Positions 53,705-63,790 of a stretch of DNA of 64,000 nucleotides are shown here, piece by piece. Source of the DNA: a virus. Under the pieces are notes generated by a model, which had not been told where the DNA came from, ran no database searches, and was given only the letters and a program-made list of their open reading frames with translations. The stretch lies in the IMG/VR virus record IMGVR_UViG_3300043570_002098; one strand, given 5' to 3'. Both the position numbers and the translations under genes were made by a program. Positions within the stretch are counted from its first letter, which is position 1. Every line of letters begins with the position of its first letter.

Positions 53705-54547
53705 TTATGATAGTAATGAATAGTATTCTTTAAAGTGTTTAATACGATCCGCAAGACCTATTGTTCCACCATTTACTCTCTTAGTGATTGATGTTACAAC
53801 CGCATCACTTGCACCACCGTCCGCCATTTTATGTAAACCATTCTTTGAAAAAAACCAAGCCGCAGATAATAATGCATAATCCGATGCGACTTTATCCGGA
53901 TTTGAAACCATATCCTCATTTATTGATTTACCAAATGCAGTATAGTTGTCTTTTCCTGTCAATTGGATATACCCACGACCACAGAATTTAGACCCTTCAC
54001 CTGAAGATTCAGGACCATTACCCATTCTACCTCCGTAAACTTTATTTGCAATTTTTGCAGGTTGTCTTTCATAAGGTTTTGCTGCGGCCTCTGTAGGGAA
54101 GTATTTTTTAAATGTCCCGTTCAAACCTTTAGCGGAATAGTTCAAATTCTCTTTTGTGAGTCTAAAACCACCTGATTCATGACCACACTGAGCCAAGAAA
54201 TGTGCGAGTCTTAATGGTGTATTAATCTCGAATTTGGCCGCAGTATCAGGAATCTGAGCAATAACGGCGTCAGGTATATGTCCCTTTAACTTCTCTAATT
54301 TTAATCCACCGGCACTTCTAACGGGTGCAGGTTCAGTAATTACTGTCGGAGCACTTACAGTCCCTTCAGTAAATAATTTCCCCCAAGTACCATCACCTAC
54401 AACACCATCGGCCGTTAAACCATTTGACGATTGCCAAGTTTTAACTGCTGCTTCGGTTTTTGGTCCAAATTTACCTATTGGGTCTACTCCCAATTTAATT
54501 TGAAGTTTTTTTACATCTTCTCCTTCTGATCCTAATTTTAATAACAT
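53705..54547 (-). CDS. Endolysin: peptidoglycan-binding domain + GH19 catalytic domain
   Basis: G.FGPKTEAAVK.WQ..NGL.ADGVVG; AHFLAQCGHESG, ENLNYS, GRGYIQLTGK.NY, VNGG..GL.DR. Confidence 0.92.
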   Translation of the reverse strand: MLLKLGSEGEDVKKLQIKLGVDPIGKFGPKTEAAVKTWQSSNGLTADGVVGDGTWGKLFTEGTVSAPTVITEPAPVRSAGGLKLEKLKGHIPDAVIAQIPDTAAKFEINTPLRLAHFLAQCGHESGGFRLTKENLNYSAKGLNGTFKKYFPTEAAAKPYERQPAKIANKVYGGRMGNGPESSGEGSKFCGRGYIQLTGKDNYTAFGKSINEDMVSNPDKVASDYALLSAAWFFSKNGLHKMADGGASDAVVTSITKRVNGGTIGLADRIKHFKEYYSLLS

Positions 54548-54608
54548 AATTTTTTCTATTTATATACTAATAAATACAACTTATCTTTTTAAAGTATTTA
54601 TATGTTGT

Positions 54609-55811
54609 ATGAAAAAAGTAATTTTAACGGAAGAACAGATTAAGAGGATGGTAGATAAATTGGTTATAAATGAACAAAATGTTGTGGTAGGTCAAAAAAC
54701 TGATACGTCAACAACTGTAGAAAATAAAGTGTTCCCAATAACTCAATTAGGTGATAAATTTGAATTTGGTCAATACGATAGTCCTAATGTTCAAAACACA
54801 ATTGAGTCCTTAAAACCTCAAATAGAAAACTTCATTAAAGATAGTGATTCAAGAGAATTTACTGTTAATATCGCTGCGGGAGAATCTCAGGTAACAAATC
54901 CAAAGGGGTTTGAAAAAAAAGGTAGTTTGGCATTAGCGAGAGCCAACTCGGTAAAGAAATATTTTGAAGAAATCTTTCCTGATTTAATTAAAAACAGTGT
55001 ATTAAAAATTATTTCCCCGACGGATATAAATCAAGTTAAAATCGGAGAGACTCAATACGGAGGACCTAAAAGTGGAGATAATAAAAATCCTGAAAAAATT
55101 GAATTATATAAAAACGAACAATTTGTTAATTTTAATATTGTTGGTGTTGGGTCAAGAAACACAACAAAAACAACCAAAACTGATTTAATATGTAATTTTG
55201 TAAATAGCGCGAAAGGTGGTGTTGCAAAATTAGTAAATGATTTTTTATATAATACAAATCAAGACGGTACCGGTCCAAACACATTTGATGTTAGTGGTTT
55301 ACCTGATGGAAGTAAAATTAGAGTCATTTTTAACACGTTTACAATTCCAGATCTAATGACAATTCAAATGGGAAGTTATTCATATAATACTGGATTTTTA
55401 GGTAGTAGACAAAACGGAATGTCAAATGATTTAGCAACAACATTAGGTAATGCTTATTTAACACGTGGAAAAGAAATACCCCCACAATATCCACAAAATA
55501 TTGTTAGAGCAAATCCACAAACATCAAGAGAATATGTAAATAATTTATCAGACGAAGATTATGTAGAATATTTTGGACATATTTTTCCTAATGGAGTACC
55601 GAGAAAAAAAGATTTAATAGTTTACCTTTTTGATCAAGATCCTATAAAATCTTATGATAGTTCTTTTACCTCACAAAATAATAAAGGTAATTTAGACGGA
55701 TTCGGAGCAATAATTGATTTAGTTAAAAAGACCGGAGATACCACATTAAAAATTAATATTTATAGTCCACTTGGTGCAACAGCATGGAGATTGGAAACTA
55801 AGTGTATATAA
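54609..55811 (+). CDS. Putative virion protein with OmpA-like domain
   Basis: N-terminal ILTEEQ motif; I.AGESQV.N...LALARANSVKKY resembles OmpA_C. Confidence 0.5.
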   Translation: MKKVILTEEQIKRMVDKLVINEQNVVVGQKTDTSTTVENKVFPITQLGDKFEFGQYDSPNVQNTIESLKPQIENFIKDSDSREFTVNIAAGESQVTNPKGFEKKGSLALARANSVKKYFEEIFPDLIKNSVLKIISPTDINQVKIGETQYGGPKSGDNKNPEKIELYKNEQFVNFNIVGVGSRNTTKTTKTDLICNFVNSAKGGVAKLVNDFLYNTNQDGTGPNTFDVSGLPDGSKIRVIFNTFTIPDLMTIQMGSYSYNTGFLGSRQNGMSNDLATTLGNAYLTRGKEIPPQYPQNIVRANPQTSREYVNNLSDEDYVEYFGHIFPNGVPRKKDLIVYLFDQDPIKSYDSSFTSQNNKGNLDGFGAIIDLVKKTGDTTLKINIYSPLGATAWRLETKCI

Positions 55812-56038
55812 AAAGTAGTATCTTTTTGTTTTTTATTTTCATCGTAAAAAATGGTCATTGTTGATTTATTCTGAATCGAACTAAACCAATATCCCGTTAC
55901 TTCTTTTTTATAAATTTTTGATAAAGAATCCATTTCTTTTTTATAACTTACATAGTCACTTTTATTTGAAAATCCATTTTGTGAATATAAATTATTTGAC
56001 AAACAAATAATTAATAACAATAATAATACTTTTTTCAT
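55760..56038 (-). CDS. Small secreted protein
   Basis: Signal peptide MKKVLLLLLIICLSNNLYS|Q; promoter element TATATTTG at 56057-56064 supports ATG 56038. Confidence 0.6.
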   Translation of the reverse strand: MKKVLLLLLIICLSNNLYSQNGFSNKSDYVSYKKEMDSLSKIYKKEVTGYWFSSIQNKSTMTIFYDENKKQKDTTFYIHLVSNLHAVAPSGL

Positions 56039-56117
56039 GGTCTTTAATTTAGACCACAAATATAGTTATATTTTGGAATATACCAAAAAATATTTGTATA
56101 ATTTTATTTTAATTATA

Positions 56118-56456
56118 TCATTTGTTATGTGTCCCACAATAAGGACATATAGGTAACGATTTCTTGTTTTTGTGTGTTGTTTGAGTAAATTTCTTTCTAC
56201 AATTCTTACAAGTTAGGAATTTGGCGTCCTTATTAAGGTCCTCAATACTTTTAACTTGTTTATCTGTTAAAGGTTTTTCTTCCTCGATCCTATCTGCAAG
56301 TTTATATCTCAAAGGATTAGACATTCTTTCCGCTTTACTAAATAATCTTTTCTTTCTTGTAAAAGCAAAACTACGACTTCTTTCGTCGATATCTTCTCCT
56401 TTATTAACTGATTTCTTTAAATTCTCTAATTGACCTTCTGATATTAATATTCTCAC
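56118..56456 (-). CDS. Zinc-ribbon protein with shared N-terminal motif
   Basis: ILISEGQL; CKNC...CPYCG. Confidence 0.7.
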   Translation of the reverse strand: MRILISEGQLENLKKSVNKGEDIDERSRSFAFTRKKRLFSKAERMSNPLRYKLADRIEEEKPLTDKQVKSIEDLNKDAKFLTCKNCRKKFTQTTHKNKKSLPICPYCGTHNK

Positions 56457-56499
56457 AAAACTTGTTTCTTATAAATATTTGAGTTATATTTAAATTTAT

Positions 56500-57963
56500 A
56501 TGAATTTGAAAAGATTTGACACAATTTACGTTCATGGTTGTTCACACACCGCAGGAGGTGGGTTATATGAATTAGACGCCAAAACTAAATATAAGGAAAT
56601 CCATGGTTTAGAGTGGGAAACCGAAAGAGATGTTAATTTCCCGTCATATTTAAAAAAACATTTTAATTGTGAACTTGTGGATATGTCAATCTGTGGTTCA
56701 GGTGCACCTAGATTGGTAAGAGAAACGTTTGATTATATTCATAACATTGGTATTGAAAATGTTAAGAAAACTTTATTTATTTTTCAAATTAATACTCCAG
56801 TGCATAGATTAGATTATTATTGTAACGAAATAAACAATCATTTAATTGTTAACGTACAATATAATAATGACGGTAGTTTCAAATACATTAACGCAGTGGA
56901 TAGTCACTCACCCAATGAAACAAAATATGGTTATGATTATTTTAAAGAAAAAATAAATAAAGATTTGGAATATCAAATTAGTAACTATCATGAACCATTT
57001 CTTTATTTACAAAAAATTCATAATGAATTATCGGGTTTGTTTTCATATTTAGAACTTAACAACATCGAATATTTTTTTGGTTTTGATACGGGTAATAATA
57101 TAAGACCCGTTAATGAAGGTAGAAGAATAAATGTTGACGGTGTTGATACTATAAATAAATTTACCAATGATGTTATAAAAGGTCGATTATCCGACGAAAT
57201 ACCTAACTGTAATGACGACCATCCAGGGTATTTTGGTAGTAAATCATTTGCGGAAAAACTTATTATATTTTTAGAGGAAAAATTAAAACCAACATTATGG
57301 GTCTTTGGTGATTCATATTCATCTAAATCGACTCCCGATTATGGACCCGAACACTCATTATATAAAAATGATTTTAGAGTTAAATATGCTAATTTTAAAG
57401 GGTACTATCCTAAACATTTTCCAGAATTAGTTTCCGAAGAATTAGGACTAAAATTGGTAAACGTTGCACAACCATCAACATCAAACGATCAAATATTTCA
57501 TAGTTTTATCAATAATATAGATAAAATAAAACCCAACGATATTTTATTTTTTGGGTGGACATATCTTTCAAGGTATAATGTGGCAAATAGAAATAATGAA
57601 TTTGAAAATATTAGTATACCTAGAGAAGGTGAAATTACCTTTGAAGATGATATATCAAGTAATTCATTAAATGAAATTTTATTTAATAGAGGTAGTCACA
57701 CAATTTTCTACAAATGGTTATCAGATTATATAAAATTAATTAATAAATCTTTTAGTAAAAATTTAATTATACATAGTGATTTTTTTGAACACGGTACCTC
57801 AGGAAATTACGTTGAGGAGTATAAATCTTTTTTGATTAAACGAAGGCCGAAATATGAAACAATTTATGACGAAACAAATGGTGAAATTGACATTCATTAT
57901 TCGGAAAAAGGTCATAAAGATTTTTCAAATGATGTTATTAATGTCATTAAACAAAAATTTTAA
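56500..57963 (+). CDS. Tandem two-domain SGNH-like protein
   Basis: Paralog of 31396-33141 (identical HPGYFGSKSFAEK, near-identical LKP.LWVFGDS). Confidence 0.65.
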   Translation: MNLKRFDTIYVHGCSHTAGGGLYELDAKTKYKEIHGLEWETERDVNFPSYLKKHFNCELVDMSICGSGAPRLVRETFDYIHNIGIENVKKTLFIFQINTPVHRLDYYCNEINNHLIVNVQYNNDGSFKYINAVDSHSPNETKYGYDYFKEKINKDLEYQISNYHEPFLYLQKIHNELSGLFSYLELNNIEYFFGFDTGNNIRPVNEGRRINVDGVDTINKFTNDVIKGRLSDEIPNCNDDHPGYFGSKSFAEKLIIFLEEKLKPTLWVFGDSYSSKSTPDYGPEHSLYKNDFRVKYANFKGYYPKHFPELVSEELGLKLVNVAQPSTSNDQIFHSFINNIDKIKPNDILFFGWTYLSRYNVANRNNEFENISIPREGEITFEDDISSNSLNEILFNRGSHTIFYKWLSDYIKLINKSFSKNLIIHSDFFEHGTSGNYVEEYKSFLIKRRPKYETIYDETNGEIDIHYSEKGHKDFSNDVINVIKQKF

Positions 57964-59292
57964 AATTTTATTAGTGTCAACGTTTGGTTTAATTTCACCA
58001 AATGAATTATTACTAATTTTTAAAAATAATTCTTGATTAAAAAAACAAATATTTTTTACATTATTTAAAAATTCTTTTTTTTCTTCTTTTGTTTTTTGAC
58101 TAAATTTTATAATTTCATTTTTTATTAAATTTAATCTTAGATAATCATCATCCACCGTATCGTATGTCTCGTCTATAAATGGATGGAATGTTTTAAATCC
58201 GTATCTTTCTTTTATATAATTTAACGACCTTGATGGTCCGGCTAAAATAAACGGTTGACAATGTCCAATTGGTTTCCATATTTTTTCAGATAAAAATCCA
58301 GACGGAAAATTAATATCGTCTTGAAAAAAAATAGACTCAGTAACTATACTAAGATAAGTGTTTAAATACATATCCTTATTTTCAAACCCTATTCCCATTA
58401 TATTAGTTAAATCATCAACGTCGATTGTCTTAGAAGTATTTTTTATTAATTCTATGAATTCATCATTATTATCAAATTTTAATAATTGCTCCACTACACT
58501 ATGATTATAATATGTTTTCTCCCAAGACACTAAACTATTATCTATTCCCAATTTATGTAATTGACTTAACAACGCTATTCTATGTAGTTTAAAATGTCTC
58601 GTTAATAAAAGAAAATCTTTTTTATCTGAATCTATCTTTGAGATAAAATCATATTTTGAAGCAATTGTTGACTTATTATTGTCACTTTCTTTTATTATTT
58701 TATTAAATTCGTGCGACTTATATTTAAGATAAAAATTGTGGTCAAACACTTTGTAATTTACATTTAGTTTTTTAAAATTTTCTTTTAATTTAAAATCTGA
58801 AAAAATTAAATACACTTTCTCATCGGGTATATTGTTCGTTCTGGTGAAATTGATTATTTTATCGAAATTTTCTTTGGTTATACCTAACCCCCCATCAATT
58901 ACATAATTTATTAATAAATTACCATTATTATTTACGATTTCATTTATTACATTTTTAGAAATAAACTTCATTAAAAATTCATTATGTAAAGGATGATTAC
59001 CAAAAAATAAATCAAATCCTGAATGTGGTTCTATTATATAAAACCATTTATAATTAATACCCATTTTCCTATCCTCAATTATATTAAATACGGATTTCTT
59101 TACTGACATTGAATCTAAATCGTGTCCATTGAAAACGGGATAATCACATCCCCATTTTTTTATGAAATAATCTCTACAATTTCCATAATCATAATCGGAT
59201 GCCTCTCGTATTGTATCTAAAAATTTAGGATCTAAACAGTTTGGTATAAAACCATTATGTGTTAATATATCATAACCTAAAGTTATTTTCAT
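57925..59292 (-). CDS. Hypothetical protein, possible GT-B glycosyltransferase-like
   Basis: R...HR..L, Y..TYLSIVTES, FLSEKIWKPI...QPFI, GFKTF....DETYD. Confidence 0.5.
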   Translation of the reverse strand: MKITLGYDILTHNGFIPNCLDPKFLDTIREASDYDYGNCRDYFIKKWGCDYPVFNGHDLDSMSVKKSVFNIIEDRKMGINYKWFYIIEPHSGFDLFFGNHPLHNEFLMKFISKNVINEIVNNNGNLLINYVIDGGLGITKENFDKIINFTRTNNIPDEKVYLIFSDFKLKENFKKLNVNYKVFDHNFYLKYKSHEFNKIIKESDNNKSTIASKYDFISKIDSDKKDFLLLTRHFKLHRIALLSQLHKLGIDNSLVSWEKTYYNHSVVEQLLKFDNNDEFIELIKNTSKTIDVDDLTNIMGIGFENKDMYLNTYLSIVTESIFFQDDINFPSGFLSEKIWKPIGHCQPFILAGPSRSLNYIKERYGFKTFHPFIDETYDTVDDDYLRLNLIKNEIIKFSQKTKEEKKEFLNNVKNICFFNQELFLKISNNSFGEIKPNVDTNKILKFLFNDINNII

Positions 59293-59311
59293 TATTATAA
59301 TATATGGAAAA

Positions 59312-61159
59312 TTACTTAGAAACTAAAGTAATCAGTTTTAATTTAGATTCCTTCAAATCCAATTCATAATTGGTACAGTACTTTGGTAAATTTTCAACTT
59401 TAACATCCCTGTTATAAAAAACTTGATTATTATCTTTATTAACAAAATCAATTTTAACTGTACCTTTTTCACAATCAATATGTGTAGATCTAATAATAAC
59501 TTTAGCATGGTCGTTTTCAAATCTGTTGGATTCTTTAAATAAAGTTTTTATTATATAATTTAGTTGTTTTCTTAATTCAATACAACGTGTATTACTATCA
59601 GGGTTATCTATTAATTTATTAAAATACTCATCTGTACGTTTTGTGATATAATTATTATCCCCATATTTTGGTAATGTCATTTCATAATTATAAATTGGTT
59701 CTTCAATTTCCGTTGTTAGTCTATAATGACTAATATAACTGTCTGTCATATCTCGTAATGTCCAATCAAACTCTTCACCAATACCTCTTATATTTCTTTT
59801 AATTAAAAATTGTACCAAAAAAACAATTGAAAAATTAAGTTCATCACTACCACTACCAAATGATAAGTATTTTTCCATGGAGTCAGCCTCTTTATCGTTT
59901 TCAGATTCATAACTTGCGTGTGATAAATCTGTGACGTCATCAACAAAGTAATCTTTTAAATTTTCGTCTTCAGCGTAATTATCAAAAAAATCTGTTTTAA
60001 ACTGATCATATGTACTAACCCCTAACTCTTCACGTAATACATTTTTATTATCTTCGTAGTATTTTTTAAAAACCTCTTCTAAGTCACTAGCATAATCTTC
60101 TTGGTCATAGTATCTACCGTTTTCCAAGTCACTATGTACCCATTCCCATCCATTATTACCCTCCATTCTATATTGATCAATTGTGTTGTTCACACCATCA
60201 GCATCACCTTCTAATTCATCGACTTGTATAATAAGTCTACCTCTATTAATATAAACCGCACCATCCCTATTTTCACCGTCAATTAAATCCTCTAATTTAT
60301 CATCATCACCATTTAATATTGCTTCAACCAATCCATTATCAATAACACCAATTGATTTTCTTAATATTATCATTCCATCCTCATCAGGTAATATTGATAT
60401 TCTATTAACCTCACTTTTAATTTCTTCTTCATTTGTTTCTCTAACTAATGATGGGAAGAAATAGTTTTTAATCTCATCTTTACCTCCCCAAAACTCAACA
60501 AAATTTAACCTTTTATCTTTTGGGTCCATGAATTGATTTGTCTCAAAATGAAATTGGTACTTGTCTGTCGGGTTAGTTTTATTCATCATAATGAATAATG
60601 GACCTTGTTTGTGATGTCTTTCAAAATGATTATCCCTTTCTTGGTATTTTTTATTTAAACAATATTGACCCCAAGTAGTGCACCACTCGGTACTAAATCC
60701 TAAATAAGCCGCACCCTTTTCAGTTAACGGTTGATAGAAACTCCAATCCTTACCTTCATGTAATAATTTGTAATCTTCATTTATTACAAGTGCATTAACT
60801 ATTTCGTTAAAATTTAAAGTATCTGAAATGATATATTTTTGAACTACTTTATATAGATCACCTAAACTCCTTAGTTTGTTTATATCCAACGCGACATTGT
60901 GTAAATAAACATAACCTAAGTATTCCTCGGCCTTAACCAAATCCTCATCTCTTAATGTTCCTTTTAGATAAAAAGACAATAACATTTTTGCATATTTTCC
61001 TAATGATAACAATTCACCCGTACCATCGATATTGGTTTTAGGGTCGGCCATTACAATATCTAAAAAAGTCTCATATGGTATTTTTGAGTAATATTTCTGA
61101 TATATCTCTTTACCACTTAACTCAAGTAATAGCTCTTCAAAAATGTTGTTAAAATTCAT
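59312..61159 (-). CDS. Large hypothetical protein, WC-motif family
   Basis: AAYLG..TEWCTT...F.....GPLFI...KYQFHF...QFMD..D. Confidence 0.6.
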   Translation of the reverse strand: MNFNNIFEELLLELSGKEIYQKYYSKIPYETFLDIVMADPKTNIDGTGELLSLGKYAKMLLSFYLKGTLRDEDLVKAEEYLGYVYLHNVALDINKLRSLGDLYKVVQKYIISDTLNFNEIVNALVINEDYKLLHEGKDWSFYQPLTEKGAAYLGFSTEWCTTWGQYCLNKKYQERDNHFERHHKQGPLFIMMNKTNPTDKYQFHFETNQFMDPKDKRLNFVEFWGGKDEIKNYFFPSLVRETNEEEIKSEVNRISILPDEDGMIILRKSIGVIDNGLVEAILNGDDDKLEDLIDGENRDGAVYINRGRLIIQVDELEGDADGVNNTIDQYRMEGNNGWEWVHSDLENGRYYDQEDYASDLEEVFKKYYEDNKNVLREELGVSTYDQFKTDFFDNYAEDENLKDYFVDDVTDLSHASYESENDKEADSMEKYLSFGSGSDELNFSIVFLVQFLIKRNIRGIGEEFDWTLRDMTDSYISHYRLTTEIEEPIYNYEMTLPKYGDNNYITKRTDEYFNKLIDNPDSNTRCIELRKQLNYIIKTLFKESNRFENDHAKVIIRSTHIDCEKGTVKIDFVNKDNNQVFYNRDVKVENLPKYCTNYELDLKESKLKLITLVSK

Positions 61160-61231
61160 TGTATATAAATATCCCTATAGATATAATAAAAAACCCCTCA
61201 TTTCTGAAGGGTTATTTACTTTTATGTTTAA

Positions 61232-61426
61232 TTAAAGAAATCTCTTGAATTGTGCTTTTATTTTTTCAACATCCTCATTGATTTGAGTATCGTCTACTTC
61301 TTCTTCCTCTTCAGGTAGATCTACCATTTCTTCTTCGGTCGATTCAACTGGTTCTTCTTGAAACTTATCTTTATTTTCTACCAATCTTTTTAATTGGTCT
61401 TCTGTGATTTTAAATTTCTTTCCCAT
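61232..61426 (-). CDS. Small acidic protein with shared N-terminal ITExQ motif
   Basis: MGKKFKITEDQLKRLVE...INEDVEKIK. Confidence 0.7.
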   Translation of the reverse strand: MGKKFKITEDQLKRLVENKDKFQEEPVESTEEEMVDLPEEEEEVDDTQINEDVEKIKAQFKRFL

Positions 61427-61483
61427 TTGTTTGTTTTTATATAAATACTTGGATTTTAGAAATAGTTTGGTTATATTATAACC

Positions 61484-62239
61484 ATGTCGTTAATTAACCC
61501 AAATAAGAAATATGATAAACTAATAACTTTTGGGTGTTCATTCACCGAAGGGTGGTTATATAGAGATCAAGGAACTTGGGGTGATTTTTTATCTCAAAAT
61601 CTACAATGTGAACATGTGAATAAAGGAGGAGGGAGTTCTTCAAATTATTCAATATTAAATACTGTTATGAGATATTGTGAAACTGAGAACGTAGAAAACA
61701 TATGTGTCGGTGTTCAATGGAGTGAGTGGAGTAGAAGGGAATTATGGGTTGAATCACAAAAAAGATATTTTACATTTAATTTAGCTACCGTTACGGATAT
61801 TAATTTTAATCCAACTCAAAATCCAGAATTGGTGAAATTCAAAGATAACATTGATATTTTCTTACCGATGTGGTTTGATAATCAAGAAAATATATTAAGA
61901 ACAATACATTCTATTATTTTATTAAAAAATTACTTAAAATCTAAAAATATTGATTTTATAATGTTTGAAGGTTTAGGGTCTATATTAGACGAATATTATC
62001 CGAGTTCTAACCATAATATTAACGATGAATCAATATTATTGAAAGATGAATTTAAATTAAAACTTTTTGAAGATATTGAATTTTTTAAAAAGTACGGTGA
62101 TATGAGAACATATATGAGAAAAAGTGATTTAGTTACAGATTCAGAATTTGGGCACCCTCCACCAAAATACGCCAAATGGTGGGCAGATGAAATATATATT
62201 TATTTAAAAGAAAATTATGAAAATAACAGTAATAGGTGA
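61484..62239 (+). CDS. SGNH-like protein
   Basis: FGCSFT, SSN.SI, VQWS...R.E, GHPP. Confidence 0.6.
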   Translation: MSLINPNKKYDKLITFGCSFTEGWLYRDQGTWGDFLSQNLQCEHVNKGGGSSSNYSILNTVMRYCETENVENICVGVQWSEWSRRELWVESQKRYFTFNLATVTDINFNPTQNPELVKFKDNIDIFLPMWFDNQENILRTIHSIILLKNYLKSKNIDFIMFEGLGSILDEYYPSSNHNINDESILLKDEFKLKLFEDIEFFKKYGDMRTYMRKSDLVTDSEFGHPPPKYAKWWADEIYIYLKENYENNSNR

Positions 62240-62975
62240 ATTTTGTACCGACATATTTGTGTACGGTGAAACAAAAAGATTAAGTCCTGAGGCTCCTGTA
62301 CCAGTGTTTAATCCGTTATATGTGGAAAGAAATTTTGGAATGGCCGGAAATGTGGTTGAAAATTTGAAGTCATTAGATCAAGATGTGACGATTAAACATT
62401 TACATCAATTTCAACCAATTAAAAAAACAAGATATGTAGATGATAAATCTAATCATATGTTTATTAGGGTTGATGAGGGTGAGGAAACAATTACACCTTT
62501 GGAATTGACTGATAGTGTAATTGATGAAATAAAAGAATCTGATGCAATTATTGTAAGTGATTACAATAAGGGATATTTGAACGAAAAAATATTATTAGAA
62601 GTTGCATATCATTCTCGTTTTATTGTCATGGATACAAAGAAAAAAATAGGTAATAAAATTTTATCTAGTTTCAATTTTATTAAATTGAATGAATCTGAAT
62701 TTTTAAAACACGATTTTGATACATGTTGGTCAAACAAAATATTGGTTACGTTAGGATCAAAAGGAGCAAAATATATGGATACCATATATCCGTCACCTGA
62801 TCCTCGTGAAACTATTGACGTTAGTGGTGCTGGTGATACATTTACAGCATCGTTTACCGTAAAATATTTGGAAACTAAAAACGTCGAAGAGTCAATAATA
62901 TATGCAAACAAAATGGCCTCAATCGTTGTTCAGAAAAGAGGGGTGAGTGTACCAATAGTAAGACAAAAAAAATAG
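62217..62975 (+). CDS. RfaE/HldE-like heptose-7-phosphate kinase domain (PfkB family)
   Basis: RLSPEAPVPV, G.AGNV..NL, SDYNKG, DVSGAGDTF. Confidence 0.88.
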   Translation: MKITVIGEFCTDIFVYGETKRLSPEAPVPVFNPLYVERNFGMAGNVVENLKSLDQDVTIKHLHQFQPIKKTRYVDDKSNHMFIRVDEGEETITPLELTDSVIDEIKESDAIIVSDYNKGYLNEKILLEVAYHSRFIVMDTKKKIGNKILSSFNFIKLNESEFLKHDFDTCWSNKILVTLGSKGAKYMDTIYPSPDPRETIDVSGAGDTFTASFTVKYLETKNVEESIIYANKMASIVVQKRGVSVPIVRQKK

Positions 62976-62977
62976 TT

Positions 62978-63790
62978 ATGAAAATTTTAATAACAGGAAC
63001 AAATGGGTTTATTGGGAAAAACCTATTAAATGAGTTGAAGGACCAACACGAAATATTAGAAATTAATGAAGACATTTTTGATGTCACTGATTGGTATAAT
63101 GAAATATATTTTAAATTAAATAAGTTCGATCCTGAAGTGGTGTTTCACGTTGGTGCGTGTTCAGATACATTAGAAACTGATGTTAATTACATGATGACAC
63201 GGAACTTTGAATTTACCCGTAGAGTTGTAGAATGGTGTCAATTATTAGGTAAAAAGTTTATTTACTCATCATCTGCAGCAAATTACGGAACAAACGAAGA
63301 ATACCCATCAAATCTATATGGTTGGAGCAAATATACCGCCGAACAATATGTTATCAAATGTGGTGGGATAGCATTACGTTATTTTAACGTTTATGGTCCA
63401 TTAGAGGATCAAAAAGGGAAGATGGCGTCTGTGGCGTACCAAATGTTGGAAAAACAAAAAGAGGGTCAAGAAATCAAGTTATTCCCCAATAAACCACAAA
63501 GGGACTTCGTATATGTTAAAGATATTATAAATGCCAATTTATTTGCATTAGAAAACTATGACGATAATAGAGGTCAATGGTATGAAGTTGGTAGTGGTGA
63601 CGCAAGAACATTTGAAGATGTTTTGGATATATTGAAAATAGGGTATACCTACCATAACGAAAAGGATATCCCAAAAGGGTATCAATTCCACACTAAAAGT
63701 AATTCTGAAAATTGGATGGTTGGTTGGGAACCAAAATATAATTTGGAAAGGGGTTTAATGGATTATATTAAATTTCTTACTCCTCAATAG
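62978..63790 (+). CDS. ADP-L-glycero-D-manno-heptose 6-epimerase-like (RfaD/HldD)
   Basis: TG..GFIG, H.GACSDT, YSSSAA.YG, NLYGWSK, LRYFNVYGP.E..KG.MASV, RDFVYVKD. Confidence 0.88.
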   Translation: MKILITGTNGFIGKNLLNELKDQHEILEINEDIFDVTDWYNEIYFKLNKFDPEVVFHVGACSDTLETDVNYMMTRNFEFTRRVVEWCQLLGKKFIYSSSAANYGTNEEYPSNLYGWSKYTAEQYVIKCGGIALRYFNVYGPLEDQKGKMASVAYQMLEKQKEGQEIKLFPNKPQRDFVYVKDIINANLFALENYDDNRGQWYEVGSGDARTFEDVLDILKIGYTYHNEKDIPKGYQFHTKSNSENWMVGWEPKYNLERGLMDYIKFLTPQ

